NCBI GenBank assembly: GCA_951406725.2
Contig: OX597817.1
Coordinates: 47,492,001-47,556,000 of the forward strand
Length of the DNA: 64,000 nt
Direction: 5' to 3'
Source of the DNA: Octopus vulgaris
Lineage: Eukaryota
Shown here: positions 63,430 to 64,000 of the stretch, piece by piece
Numbering within the stretch: the stretch's first letter is position 1
Layout of the letters: the number at the start of each line of letters is the position of its first letter
The notes under the pieces: generated by a model
What the model was told of the DNA's origin: nothing
The model's input: only the letters and a program-made list of their open reading frames with translations
The model's database searches: none
Made by a program: the position numbers and the translations under genes

Positions 63430-63790
63430 ATGTTATATGAAGGACTGGATGTAGGGGTTAGTGCAGGGCCTCAAACACTGGACATAACAAGAGTGATGGG
63501 AGGAGGAAACACATTTGGGTCACAAGTGCTTGAATATAGAAGGGAAGTACAAAACCTTCAAACACTAGGAAGAGAGGCCATTGTAAGAGCAACAGAAAAG
63601 GCAAACAGAAAAGATGGTATGAGACAAGGACATGCAGCTGGGAGCAGGTCTGGGAGTGATTTGATGTCAATCAGTGGAGTACTCCTTTTCTAGATGTTGT
63701 CCAGTATATCTCTGTGTGCATAGCAACAGCAGCACAGTTCCAGGTGTGAAGGCAATAATCCATTGTGGCACTCAATTGTTAATATAAGAA
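63430..63790 (-). pseudogene. Possible degraded CR1/Jockey-type LINE C-terminal remnant
   Basis: Minus-frame text LFCCSYNGLSS...SSHH..V...RPCTNPYIQSF resembles LFYRYYNG.CS...RT..Y..SF. Weak. Confidence 0.3.
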
Positions 63791-64000
63791 AACTTGTTTT
63801 AAAAACATGCTTGGAGCAATTTGTAGATCTATACAACCACTGCAGAAATTGTTTTATCTCTTACTTGTTTTAGTCAGAAAACTGTGGCCATGCTGGGGCA
63901 CTACTTGCAAGGGTTTTAGACACACAAATGAAACCCAGTACTTACTTTTTTTTTGTTGTTTTTCAGTCTGGTAGATATTTGATCAATCTGTTTTGCCAAA

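Overview
AT-rich eukaryotic non-coding DNA, intronic or intergenic. The repeat families and microsatellite load look like an octopus (coleoid cephalopod) genome; this is inference. I recognise no intact host protein-coding exon, and most ORFs in the track are microsatellite artefacts. The window is a nested mosaic of transposons: at least five tRNA-headed SINE families (working labels A-E); a near-intact 5'-truncated RTE LINE with a Cys/His finger inside its RT, plus many short 3' copies; two further RTE-type 3' ends; a CR1 3' end; two degraded R4/Dong-like RT copies; a full-length decayed mariner; a piggyBac (PGBD4-like) transposase split by a SINE; TTAA-type MITEs; and a non-autonomous Helitron. 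The most interesting signal is a set of minimal type-I hammerhead-ribozyme-shaped motifs (stem I, CUGANGA, stem II, GAAA, palindromic stem III, NUH) in several unrelated fold-back, Penelope-like repeats. They include a family that fuses a tRNA/Pol III head to a hammerhead, and a family with a compensatory U3:A8 core. Coordinates were read by eye and may be off by a few bases at element ends.
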